From: Candidatus Komeilibacteria bacterium
GTDB taxonomy: Bacteria > Patescibacteriota > Patescibacteriia > UBA1558
Length of the DNA: 64,000 nucleotides
NCBI GenBank assembly: GCA_048538235.1
Contig: JBLYPX010000001.1
Coordinates: 72,013 to 136,012 of the forward strand
Direction of reading: 5' to 3'
Part shown: piece by piece, positions 49,668 through 57,998 of the stretch
How the letters are laid out: every line of letters begins with the position of its first letter
How positions within the stretch are numbered: position 1 is the stretch's first letter
The notes under the pieces: model-generated
What the model saw: the letters and a program-made list of their open reading frames with translations, nothing else
The model's database searches: none
Told to the model about the DNA's origin: nothing
Position numbers and translations under genes: made by a program

Positions 49668-50774
49668 ATGGACGATTTTATCGTTAAAGAATACGCTGTC
49701 AAAGATAAGGACGGCAAATTCAAAATTTGGCAAGAAGGTAAGCTAGTAAACTACCAACAATGGCTAGCAAGTAAGGCTATTGCTAGTACAACTAGTAGGT
49801 TGCAAAGATCTCAAGCAATGGTAGACACTGGTATGGAAGAGCCTGTTTTAGCACCACCAGCTCCTACTATTTACAAACAGCCACCAAAATTTGGATTAGA
49901 AAAGATAATAACAAGATTAGTAGAAGAATTCTCTTTGCAATTAACTCAAGAAGCAAGAGATAGATTTGCTAGACTATTATTATCTTTTTTTAGAGGAGCA
50001 AGAACGGCTGTAGATTTAAGAACTAGCCTACAAGGAGATTGGAAATTTGGTGATGTTGGGTTAAAAGAAGTAGATATGGATGGATTATTAAAAGCTGTTA
50101 AAGAAATAGACAAGAAAATTAAAGAAAATGGTGGTGAAGTTGTTAGTTTGCAGATAGATGAAAAGAAGTTAAAGGATAAGCCACATATTGCTAAAGAAAT
50201 TGCAGATGCTGAAGTAGCTGCTAAGAATGAGATAAAGGATACAATAGATAAACAAGCCAGTATTATTCAGCAGGCAAATGCTGCTAGTTCTGGTGGGATA
50301 GCAAATATTGGTAAAGAAGAAAAGGCAGACGATTTTGTAGTTAAGAAACAAGAGCCGGTAGAGAAAAAGGGAATGTTTTCTTGGCACAAAAGATCACATA
50401 CTGTACCAGCTGGTAAAGTAGCTATGGATGAAGTAAAGAATTTTACAAAACTTGTAGGTCCGGTTGATGAATTACAACAATTAGATTTGAATATGTTTAG
50501 AAGATTGGGTTCAACTCCAACTTCTATTATAGATAAGATTAAAGAAAGAATAGATTCATTGTCTAATGGTTCTGTTGCTGAAAGAGATAGAGTAATTAAA
50601 GCCTGGCAAGCAAGTCCTGTTTATGGATTGTATGTAAGATTAGGCAGAGCAAGTTTAGAAGATGGTTTACCAGTAGATACAATTATTAAGCAACAGACAA
50701 ATGCTGGACAACCATCATTAACAGTTGAAGAGTTTGATGCTATTTCAGATTTAAATGCTAAGTTTAGATTTTAA
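49668..50774 (+). CDS. Hypothetical soluble protein at the head of the VirB4 cluster
   Basis: A 368-aa protein with no TM helices and a coiled-coil-prone middle region. Confidence 0.45.
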   Translation: MDDFIVKEYAVKDKDGKFKIWQEGKLVNYQQWLASKAIASTTSRLQRSQAMVDTGMEEPVLAPPAPTIYKQPPKFGLEKIITRLVEEFSLQLTQEARDRFARLLLSFFRGARTAVDLRTSLQGDWKFGDVGLKEVDMDGLLKAVKEIDKKIKENGGEVVSLQIDEKKLKDKPHIAKEIADAEVAAKNEIKDTIDKQASIIQQANAASSGGIANIGKEEKADDFVVKKQEPVEKKGMFSWHKRSHTVPAGKVAMDEVKNFTKLVGPVDELQQLDLNMFRRLGSTPTSIIDKIKERIDSLSNGSVAERDRVIKAWQASPVYGLYVRLGRASLEDGLPVDTIIKQQTNAGQPSLTVEEFDAISDLNAKFRF

Positions 50775-50776
50775 TT

Positions 50777-51262
50777 ATGCAGAAGTTTATTGTTCCACAA
50801 TTTATTGACGTTGAAAGTAAAATATTTGGACCAATTACAACCAGACAGTTTTTAATAATGTTAGTTGGTTTAATGTTTGGTTTTGTAGCATATAAATTAT
50901 CTGACATATCATTATTCGCAGTAGAGGCAGCTATTATTGCGGTTGTAACTATAGCCTTTGCCTTTGTTAAAGTTAATTCAGCCCCTTTTCATGTTTTTCT
51001 TTTAAACTATATTAAAACAATGAAGTCAGCTAAGATTAGAATTTGGAAAAGACAACCATATATTCAACAAACAAAGAAACAGGAAGAGGAAAATATTAAT
51101 AATAATGAGCCAGTGGTAAACAAGAGACAGGTTAGTGCTTCAAGATTATCTGAGCTGTCATTAATAATAGACACGGGTGGAGCATACCAAGGAGAAGATC
51201 CATTACAAAATACATTAGATACACAACCAATAAATATAGATAAAGAATTAGGAGAAAATTAA
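50777..51262 (+). CDS. Small two-TM protein (PrgI/VirB3-like position)
   Basis: A 161-aa protein with two adjacent TM helices. It lies directly upstream of VirB4, as in Gram-positive T4SS operons. Confidence 0.4.
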   Translation: MQKFIVPQFIDVESKIFGPITTRQFLIMLVGLMFGFVAYKLSDISLFAVEAAIIAVVTIAFAFVKVNSAPFHVFLLNYIKTMKSAKIRIWKRQPYIQQTKKQEEENINNNEPVVNKRQVSASRLSELSLIIDTGGAYQGEDPLQNTLDTQPINIDKELGEN

Positions 51263-51945
51263 TGAAAAATAAAAAAGCAAAAAATCAAGGAATACAATCA
51301 ACTGAGAAATATTTATTTGTTTCTACTATTCGTGATGATACAGTTGTTTTAAAAACAGGCGGTTTAAGAGCTGTATTATTAACTTCTTCAATAAACTTTG
51401 CTTTAAAGAATGAAGATGAACAGCAGGGTATAGTACAGGGTTATGTAGCCTTACTTAATTCTGTAGATTTTCCATTACAAATATGTGTACAGTCTAGAAA
51501 GCTTAATATTGATTCATATCTTTTGAGAATAGATGAACAGTATAAGAAAACTACTAATGATTTAATGAAGATACAATTACAAGAGTATAAAAAATATATT
51601 GTAGAGCTATTAGATTTGGGAGATATCATGAGTAAAAAGTTTTATGTAATTATTCCTTATGAACCGGGTTCATCAAGTACTAAGAAAAGTTTTACAACTC
51701 AAATGTCAGAGGTATTTTCACCAACTAAGTCTATAAATTTAAGTAAGAAACAGTTTGCAGAGTATAAGAATGAATTAGAAAGAAGAGTAGCTTTAGTAGA
51801 GGCTGGTTTCAGAGGTATGGGATTGTCTTCTGTTAGATTGGATACTCAAGGCTTAATAGAGTCTCTATACAATACATATAATCCAATGGTGTCACAATTT
51901 GAAAAGATAAAAGATATTAATGACTTAAATATTGAGAATCAATGA
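51262..51945 (+). CDS. VirB4-family N-terminal domain protein (split from the ATPase)
   Basis: FVSTIRDDTVVLKTGGLRAVLLTSSINFALKNEDEQQGIVQGYVALLNS resembles the N-terminal region of Gram-positive VirB4 homologues (Tn916 Orf16 / TcpF-like). It ends in an ATGA overlap with the next ORF. Confidence 0.45.
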   Translation: MKNKKAKNQGIQSTEKYLFVSTIRDDTVVLKTGGLRAVLLTSSINFALKNEDEQQGIVQGYVALLNSVDFPLQICVQSRKLNIDSYLLRIDEQYKKTTNDLMKIQLQEYKKYIVELLDLGDIMSKKFYVIIPYEPGSSSTKKSFTTQMSEVFSPTKSINLSKKQFAEYKNELERRVALVEAGFRGMGLSSVRLDTQGLIESLYNTYNPMVSQFEKIKDINDLNIENQ

Positions 51946-53801
51946 TAAAAGTAGATTCAGGACAAATAGTTGCTGCACCAAAGCCAATTCCAGCAAAAGA
52001 GGTAGATAATATGAAAGCTAAAGAAGCTTTGGAAGCGGAAAAGAAATACCGTGAAGGTGTTACTTCGGTAAGAGAGTTAATTGCACCTTCAAGTATGCAA
52101 ATAACAAATGACTATTTAAGGTTGGGACAAAAGTTTGTTCGAACATTATTTGTATTTACTTTTCCTAGATATATTTCCTTAGGTTGGTTTGCTCCAGTTA
52201 TTAATTTAAATGCACCAATAGATATTTCAATGTATTTCTATCCTGTACCAGCTAAAGTTGTTTTAAAACAGCTAAAAAATAAGGTTGGTACATTAGAAGC
52301 AGAAATATATGCAGAGGCTGAAAAAGGAGCGCCACGTGATCCAATTAAGGAAACAGCTTTAAGAGATGTTGAAGGTTTAAGAGATAATTTAACACAAGGT
52401 ATTGAGAAGTTTTTCCAATATGCTTTATATATTACAATTTATGCAGACGATAAAGAAGAATTAGATAAATTAACAGATAGCGTAGAATCTATTATTGGTG
52501 CAAAGTTAGTTATGTCTAAAAGAGCTCTTTACCAAGCAGAGCAAGGGTTTAATTCAACCTTGCCACTTGGTAATGATGAAATTATGGTGTCAGTTAATAT
52601 GAACTCATCACCAGCTGCTTCTTCATTCCCATTTATCTCTTCAGATTTAACATCTGATGATGGTATTCTATATGGTATTAATAGACATAATAATAGTTTA
52701 ATTATTTTCGATAGATTTACATTACAGAATGCAAATGCTTGTGTATTCGCAACCTCTGGTGCTGGTAAAAGTTATACAGTTAAGTTAGAAGTTCTAAGAA
52801 GTTTAATGATGGGTACAGAGGTTATTATTATTGACCCAGAAAATGAGTATAAATATTTAGCAGAAGCTACTAATGGAACATATGTAAATGTTTCTTTAAA
52901 CTCAGAAAGTAAGATTAATCCTTTTGATTTGCCAAGAGGTGTTGGTGGCGATTCTAAGCCAGCAGATATTTTACGTTCAGCTGTTATTACCATTAAAGGA
53001 CTTCTTAAGATTATGCTTGGTGAATTTTCTCATCAAGAAGATTCTTTAATAGATAGAGCTATACTTGAGACTTATGCTAAAAAAGATATTGGGCCAGATA
53101 GTGATTTGTCTAAAGTTGAGCCTCCAATTATGAGCGATTTAGAACAAGTATTAGCTGGTATGGAAGGCGGAGAAGATCTAGCTTTACGTTTACAAAAATA
53201 TACCAGTGGTACATTTTCAGGACTACTTAATAACCAAACTAATGTAGATATGGATAATCAATTGGTAGTATTTTCTGTTCGTGATCTAGAAGATGAATTA
53301 AGACCAATTGGTATCTATACAATTGTAAACTATATTTGGAATGTAGTTAGGTCTCAAATGAAAAAGAGATTGCTTGTTATTGATGAGGCTTGGTGGTTGA
53401 TGCAACATGATGACTCAGCTAAGTTTATCTTTGCTCTTGTCAAACGTTGTCGTAAATATTATTTGGGAGTTACTACTATTACTCAGGATGTTAATGACTT
53501 TTTAAATAATAAATATGGTAGGGCGATTGTAACCAACTCAGCTATGCAGATATTATTAAAACAGTCTGCAGCTGCTATAGATAATGTTCAAAAAACATTT
53601 ATGTTAACAGAAGGGGAGAAGTATCTATTATTAGAAGGTAAAGTTGGTACAGGAATATTTTTTGCAGGCACAAAGCATGCCGCTATTCAAGTGGTAGCTT
53701 CTTATGCTGAGGATCAAGTTATTACATCTGATCCAAAGCAATTATTAGAAATAGAAGAAGCTAAAAAAGAGTTTGCTGAAGAGCAAGCAGCTAATGAGTA
53801 A
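51942..53801 (+). CDS. VirB4/TrbE/CagE-family type IV secretion ATPase
   Basis: Walker A FATSGAGKSYTVK and Walker B LLVIDEAWWLM. The conserved region SVRELIAPSS...YLRLGQKFVRTLFVFTFPRYISLGWF is typical of VirB4 homologues. Confidence 0.75.
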   Translation: MIKVDSGQIVAAPKPIPAKEVDNMKAKEALEAEKKYREGVTSVRELIAPSSMQITNDYLRLGQKFVRTLFVFTFPRYISLGWFAPVINLNAPIDISMYFYPVPAKVVLKQLKNKVGTLEAEIYAEAEKGAPRDPIKETALRDVEGLRDNLTQGIEKFFQYALYITIYADDKEELDKLTDSVESIIGAKLVMSKRALYQAEQGFNSTLPLGNDEIMVSVNMNSSPAASSFPFISSDLTSDDGILYGINRHNNSLIIFDRFTLQNANACVFATSGAGKSYTVKLEVLRSLMMGTEVIIIDPENEYKYLAEATNGTYVNVSLNSESKINPFDLPRGVGGDSKPADILRSAVITIKGLLKIMLGEFSHQEDSLIDRAILETYAKKDIGPDSDLSKVEPPIMSDLEQVLAGMEGGEDLALRLQKYTSGTFSGLLNNQTNVDMDNQLVVFSVRDLEDELRPIGIYTIVNYIWNVVRSQMKKRLLVIDEAWWLMQHDDSAKFIFALVKRCRKYYLGVTTITQDVNDFLNNKYGRAIVTNSAMQILLKQSAAAIDNVQKTFMLTEGEKYLLLEGKVGTGIFFAGTKHAAIQVVASYAEDQVITSDPKQLLEIEEAKKEFAEEQAANE

Positions 53802-53818
53802 TTATTAATTTTGTATAT

Positions 53819-54379
53819 ATGGAATTAAATTTAACAAGAAGGCAGATGATGATCATTGGGATTGTTGTATTGCTTTTGGTAATTATAGTAGTTGCTCTAA
53901 CAATGTTTAATAAAGAGAGTGCTGTTCAAGATGAATTTGTACCACAGGTTTATGACTCTAACAACATGAATACAGACGTAGAAATTAAAGCAGATGTAAA
54001 ATTAGATGAAAAGGAATATTTAGCAACTGCTGTAGCTCGTAATTTTGTAGCTCGTTTCTTAAGCTATTCTAATGAGAATTGGGGTGAGAATATTGCAGTT
54101 TTGGAACCACAAATGACAGAAGGAATGATGCAATATGCTCAGCAAGATTTAATAAAGCTTAAGAATGAGTATCCTACAGATGAATTCTATGGTGTTTCAG
54201 CAAAAGCTTTAAGTCAGAAAATAGTTAATGAGCAAGATAATGGTTATAGTATTGAAGTATCTGTCCAGTTACAAAAAACTATTGGTAATACAGAAGAGAT
54301 TGAATACAAAAAGTACGAAGTTGGTTTAGTAGCTTCAGGTGATTCTTGGTTGATTAATAGTCTATATTTGATTGAATAA
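53819..54379 (+). CDS. Bitopic membrane protein (VirB8-like position)
   Basis: A 186-aa protein with an N-terminal TM helix and a roughly 150-aa extracytoplasmic domain. Confidence 0.4.
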   Translation: MELNLTRRQMMIIGIVVLLLVIIVVALTMFNKESAVQDEFVPQVYDSNNMNTDVEIKADVKLDEKEYLATAVARNFVARFLSYSNENWGENIAVLEPQMTEGMMQYAQQDLIKLKNEYPTDEFYGVSAKALSQKIVNEQDNGYSIEVSVQLQKTIGNTEEIEYKKYEVGLVASGDSWLINSLYLIE

Positions 54380-54825
54380 TGGTAGCAGAATTAATAACTG
54401 CAGAGGAGTTTGAAGAATCCGTAGATCAGGATAGGGCAGCAGCTATTAGAGAGGCTGCTAAGAAGAATGTTAGTGATGCTAAAGATAATGTAACTTCAGC
54501 TATAACTAGCGAAGCAAGTAAGAGAGTATTAGATAAGTTCTTTTTAAATGTTAATAATTCAATTTGGGGATTATCTTTTATGTTATTTCCATTACTTGGT
54601 TTAACCCTGTTAATGTCTGTAGTATTAATCTTGGCTTTATTTTTAAAAAAGATATTGGGTTCTGTATTAGAGACAAAAGGTTTTAGTTTAGACGTTGGAT
54701 TATTAGCTACTATGTATACCTGGGGTACATTTATTATACAATTACTTTTAACAGTTTTAGTTTATTCAATAATATATATGATTGCTAATCCAGTAGATTT
54801 CACACTTGATGCAATAGGTTTATGA
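54379..54825 (+). CDS. Small polytopic membrane protein
   Basis: A 148-aa protein with three predicted TM helices. Confidence 0.4.
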   Translation: MVAELITAEEFEESVDQDRAAAIREAAKKNVSDAKDNVTSAITSEASKRVLDKFFLNVNNSIWGLSFMLFPLLGLTLLMSVVLILALFLKKILGSVLETKGFSLDVGLLATMYTWGTFIIQLLLTVLVYSIIYMIANPVDFTLDAIGL

Positions 54826-56051
54826 CAATAGATCCAAAGTACAAAAAAATATTAGTGATAATTGGTTTTATAGCCGTAGTGTTTTTAATGGCTTGGTTTT
54901 TATATTCAATGTTTTTTGCACCAACTCCACCCCCAACAGTAATTGTACCGCCAGACCAACAACAACCAGGTGGTGGTTTACCAACAGTCGGTGAAGGAAC
55001 TGGTGACAGACCAGTGACTGTTGATCCAATAACTGGTTTACCTATTACTACACCGGACTTACCACGTGTAAGAACAGAAGATATAGCCTCTATTGAAGCA
55101 GATACAGTGGTTGAACAGAATGTAATGTCAGTAGAAAAAAGTAGTTTAGGATCTTTGGTTTATTATAATAAAGATGATGGTAAGTTTTATAGCTATGCTA
55201 ATGGCAATGTTACTGCTTTAAGCGATAAAGCTTTCCATAATGTAGAAAGTGTCGCTTGGTCAAGAAAAGGAGATAGGGCTGTTTTAGAATATCCAGATGG
55301 GCATAATATTTTTTATGATTTTAATAAAGAAAAACAAATATCCCTACCAAAGGAATTAACAGACTTTTCTTTTGATCAGAGTGGTGAAAAGTTTGCAGCT
55401 AAAGTTATTTCAGATTTTCCAGATAATAATTGGATAGTAACATCTAACTATGATGGATCAGGAGTGTATTTTGTAGAACATTTAGGTGAAAAAGAAAAAG
55501 ATGTACAAATAGATTGGTCACCAGCCGGTGAGATAGTAGCAACGTATAGAGAGGGAATAGATTTTGAAAGACAAGAAGTTTATCCTATTGGACAATCTGG
55601 TGGTAATATTAAATCACTAGTTACAGATGGTAGAGGTTTTGAGAGTTCTTGGTCTCCACAAGGTGACTATATTCTCTATAGTGTTTACAATACCAATTCT
55701 GGTTATCGTCCAACATTATACTTAGCAGATATGGGTGGAGACTGGACTGGTTCATATAAAATAGATATTGGAATTAATACTTGGTCAGATAAATGTACTT
55801 TTACTGACAATTCACAAAAAGTATATTGTGCAGTACCAGAAGAATTGCCAGAGCTATCTGGTATATTTAGAGATTTAGCAGCCGACCAACAAGATGTATT
55901 TTATGAGATTAATTTAGTTACAGGTAGTAAGCGTATAATAGCAGCACCAGAAGATGTTAGTGCTACTGGTTTGCAAATATCTTCAGATGGTAATACATTA
56001 TATTTTGTTAATGATTCAACTGGTAATTTAGAGGAAATTAATTTGAGATAA
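54822..56051 (+). CDS. Membrane-anchored protein with a Pro-rich linker and a beta-propeller-like (TolB/PD40-like) domain
   Basis: An N-terminal TM helix, a PTPPPTVIVPPDQQQPGGG linker, and W/D/G-rich repeats (WSRKGD, WSPAGE, WSPQGD). Confidence 0.45.
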   Translation: MTIDPKYKKILVIIGFIAVVFLMAWFLYSMFFAPTPPPTVIVPPDQQQPGGGLPTVGEGTGDRPVTVDPITGLPITTPDLPRVRTEDIASIEADTVVEQNVMSVEKSSLGSLVYYNKDDGKFYSYANGNVTALSDKAFHNVESVAWSRKGDRAVLEYPDGHNIFYDFNKEKQISLPKELTDFSFDQSGEKFAAKVISDFPDNNWIVTSNYDGSGVYFVEHLGEKEKDVQIDWSPAGEIVATYREGIDFERQEVYPIGQSGGNIKSLVTDGRGFESSWSPQGDYILYSVYNTNSGYRPTLYLADMGGDWTGSYKIDIGINTWSDKCTFTDNSQKVYCAVPEELPELSGIFRDLAADQQDVFYEINLVTGSKRIIAAPEDVSATGLQISSDGNTLYFVNDSTGNLEEINLR

Positions 56052-56068
56052 ATTATTATTTATATATT

Positions 56069-57235
56069 ATGTTTAAATTAACTAAAACAATTCCGCTATT
56101 AATATTTGTATTTAGCTTAGTGGTTTTAATTGCAACCCCAGCATTGGCTAGTAATAGTACACAAATACAATTTATTCCAAGTACTACTATTCCTGGCAGT
56201 GATTTTGTTGCTGGTAGTGCAATAGATATTAATTCAGGAAGTTTAGGGCAATATATATTAGCTATATATAATTATGGTATTGGTTTGGTAGCAGTCCTTG
56301 CTGTTGTTATGATAATGTTTGGTGGGTATAAATGGATATTTGCAGCTGGTAATGCTAGTAGTATAGGTTCAGCTAAGAGTACTATTATTAGTGCTTTAGT
56401 TGGTCTAGTATTAGCTTTAGGGTCATATTTGTTACTTAATACCATTAACCCAGCTTTAACTACTTTTGAACCTCTGTATACACCAACACCTAAGATTGGT
56501 TCATGCCCTGTTGCTATTAATAATTGTGCTCAGATTAGTAATTTTTTTACTTATGTTAAAAATGAGCAATCTACTGAAGCGGGCGTAGAGGATGCAAAAA
56601 AATATTATGCTACAAAACTTGGACTTACTGATGCGAAGGGCAATTATACTGATAACTTTAGCATGGCTAAACTCACAGAATTAATGTGTAAGAGTGAAGA
56701 CGTGCAAGCTGGTTGTGGGATTTATCCTGGAATGTGTATTTGGAATAGTAGCTCAACTTGTCAGAACATAACTGCGGTATCTTGTTCAAGCGATGCAGAT
56801 TGTACCGCTTTAAGTTCTAGCACATTATGTGAAACACAAACTAACCATTGTTCATTTGGGTTAAGAAATTCAGCCTGTGCAGATAGTACGGAGTGTAATA
56901 ATGGTTTAAATTGTGTAGATAATAAATGTTTTGCATTAGGTGAAGAAGGTGATGAGTGTGATAATAATAATGAATGCGCACCAGGACTTGTTTGTACTGA
57001 TGAAGCTGGCTATCCAGATGTTTGTAGACCACAGTCACCACAGTGTACGGCTGGGGATGATGATTTTTGTAGAAGTCAAAACGGTTGGGAAGATGATAAT
57101 TCTGCAGACTGTAATTATGATAGTTATTTTTACTTTAATTCGTGTGACTGTGATGGCGATTCTGCCTGTTCTCCAGGTTATAAATGTTTTGATACGAAGA
57201 ATGGTGCAAATGATGTTTGTTTACCAGCCGCATAA
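56069..57235 (+). CDS. Membrane protein with a signal peptide, two TM helices and a Cys-rich C-terminal domain
   Basis: The C-terminal roughly 230 aa contain more than 30 cysteines in repeated C-x-D-x3-C / C-x5-C modules (DSTECNNGLNCVDNKC, GDECDNNNECAPGLVC). Confidence 0.5.
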   Translation: MFKLTKTIPLLIFVFSLVVLIATPALASNSTQIQFIPSTTIPGSDFVAGSAIDINSGSLGQYILAIYNYGIGLVAVLAVVMIMFGGYKWIFAAGNASSIGSAKSTIISALVGLVLALGSYLLLNTINPALTTFEPLYTPTPKIGSCPVAINNCAQISNFFTYVKNEQSTEAGVEDAKKYYATKLGLTDAKGNYTDNFSMAKLTELMCKSEDVQAGCGIYPGMCIWNSSSTCQNITAVSCSSDADCTALSSSTLCETQTNHCSFGLRNSACADSTECNNGLNCVDNKCFALGEEGDECDNNNECAPGLVCTDEAGYPDVCRPQSPQCTAGDDDFCRSQNGWEDDNSADCNYDSYFYFNSCDCDGDSACSPGYKCFDTKNGANDVCLPAA

Positions 57236-57258
57236 ATAGTTTTAGATATAATAAAAAA

Positions 57259-57288
57259 GGCTCTCATTCTGAGAGCCTTTTCTTTTTG
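57259..57288. terminator. Bidirectional rho-independent terminator
   Basis: AAAAAA-GGCTCTC-ATTCT-GAGAGCC-TTTTCTTTTT between convergent genes. Confidence 0.65.
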
Positions 57289-57309
57289 AAAGATTTTCCT
57301 GTCCTGCAG

Positions 57310-57714
57310 TTAAATCTTTTTTTCTTTGCATGGAACACATTTGGTAGTTGATGGTACGCTCATCAAACGACCGAATGGTATAATCTCCCCACATTCAGTA
57401 CAATGATCGTCATATTCGCCTTTACGGATATTTATGATTGTCTCCGTAAGTTTGTTGACTAAATGACAATGATTGTCAGCTCTGATTGTAGCTATCTGAT
57501 TGTCTGGACAACGCTGAGCTCTTTCAGCAATTTCACCGGAATTTGGACTACTTCCATCATCCTGTACTTTGAAACTGGAAACAAGACTTTCAACATCTTG
57601 TCCTTTTCGTTCTAGTTCTGTAAAAGCTTCGCTCATAAGAGAGCTAAGCTGTTCTACATTGAGTGTTGACTTTGGCGATTCCGGTATTTCAACCAGAGTT
57701 GTGTTCATTTCCAT
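57310..57714 (-). CDS. DksA/TraR-family C4 zinc-finger protein
   Basis: C-terminal CTECGEIIPFGRLMSVPSTTKCVPC (C-x2-C-x17-C-x2-C) preceded by a helical region. Length 134 aa. Confidence 0.55.
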   Translation of the reverse strand: MEMNTTLVEIPESPKSTLNVEQLSSLMSEAFTELERKGQDVESLVSSFKVQDDGSSPNSGEIAERAQRCPDNQIATIRADNHCHLVNKLTETIINIRKGEYDDHCTECGEIIPFGRLMSVPSTTKCVPCKEKKI

Positions 57715-57998
57715 TTGAGCTCCAATCTATTTGACTCTTACAAGTTAATGTTAACATCCCGATTTTTTGGAATGTTAAAGTCAAGTAGGTTGAGCTGAGA
57801 TAAGGGATCTGTTGCTCATTAGTCCTCCTCTAATAATGAGTTTTGGGTTGTCAAAGAAAGTTTTGACCCATCATACTTTTTTACCGTTTTGTTTTGGTGA
57901 AATTTTTGATGGGTCTTTAATGGAAACTCCGGGATGTTAGGTCTAGAGTCCAATAATATGATATATTATACCATAAAATATTTTTTGTCAAGATTTAT

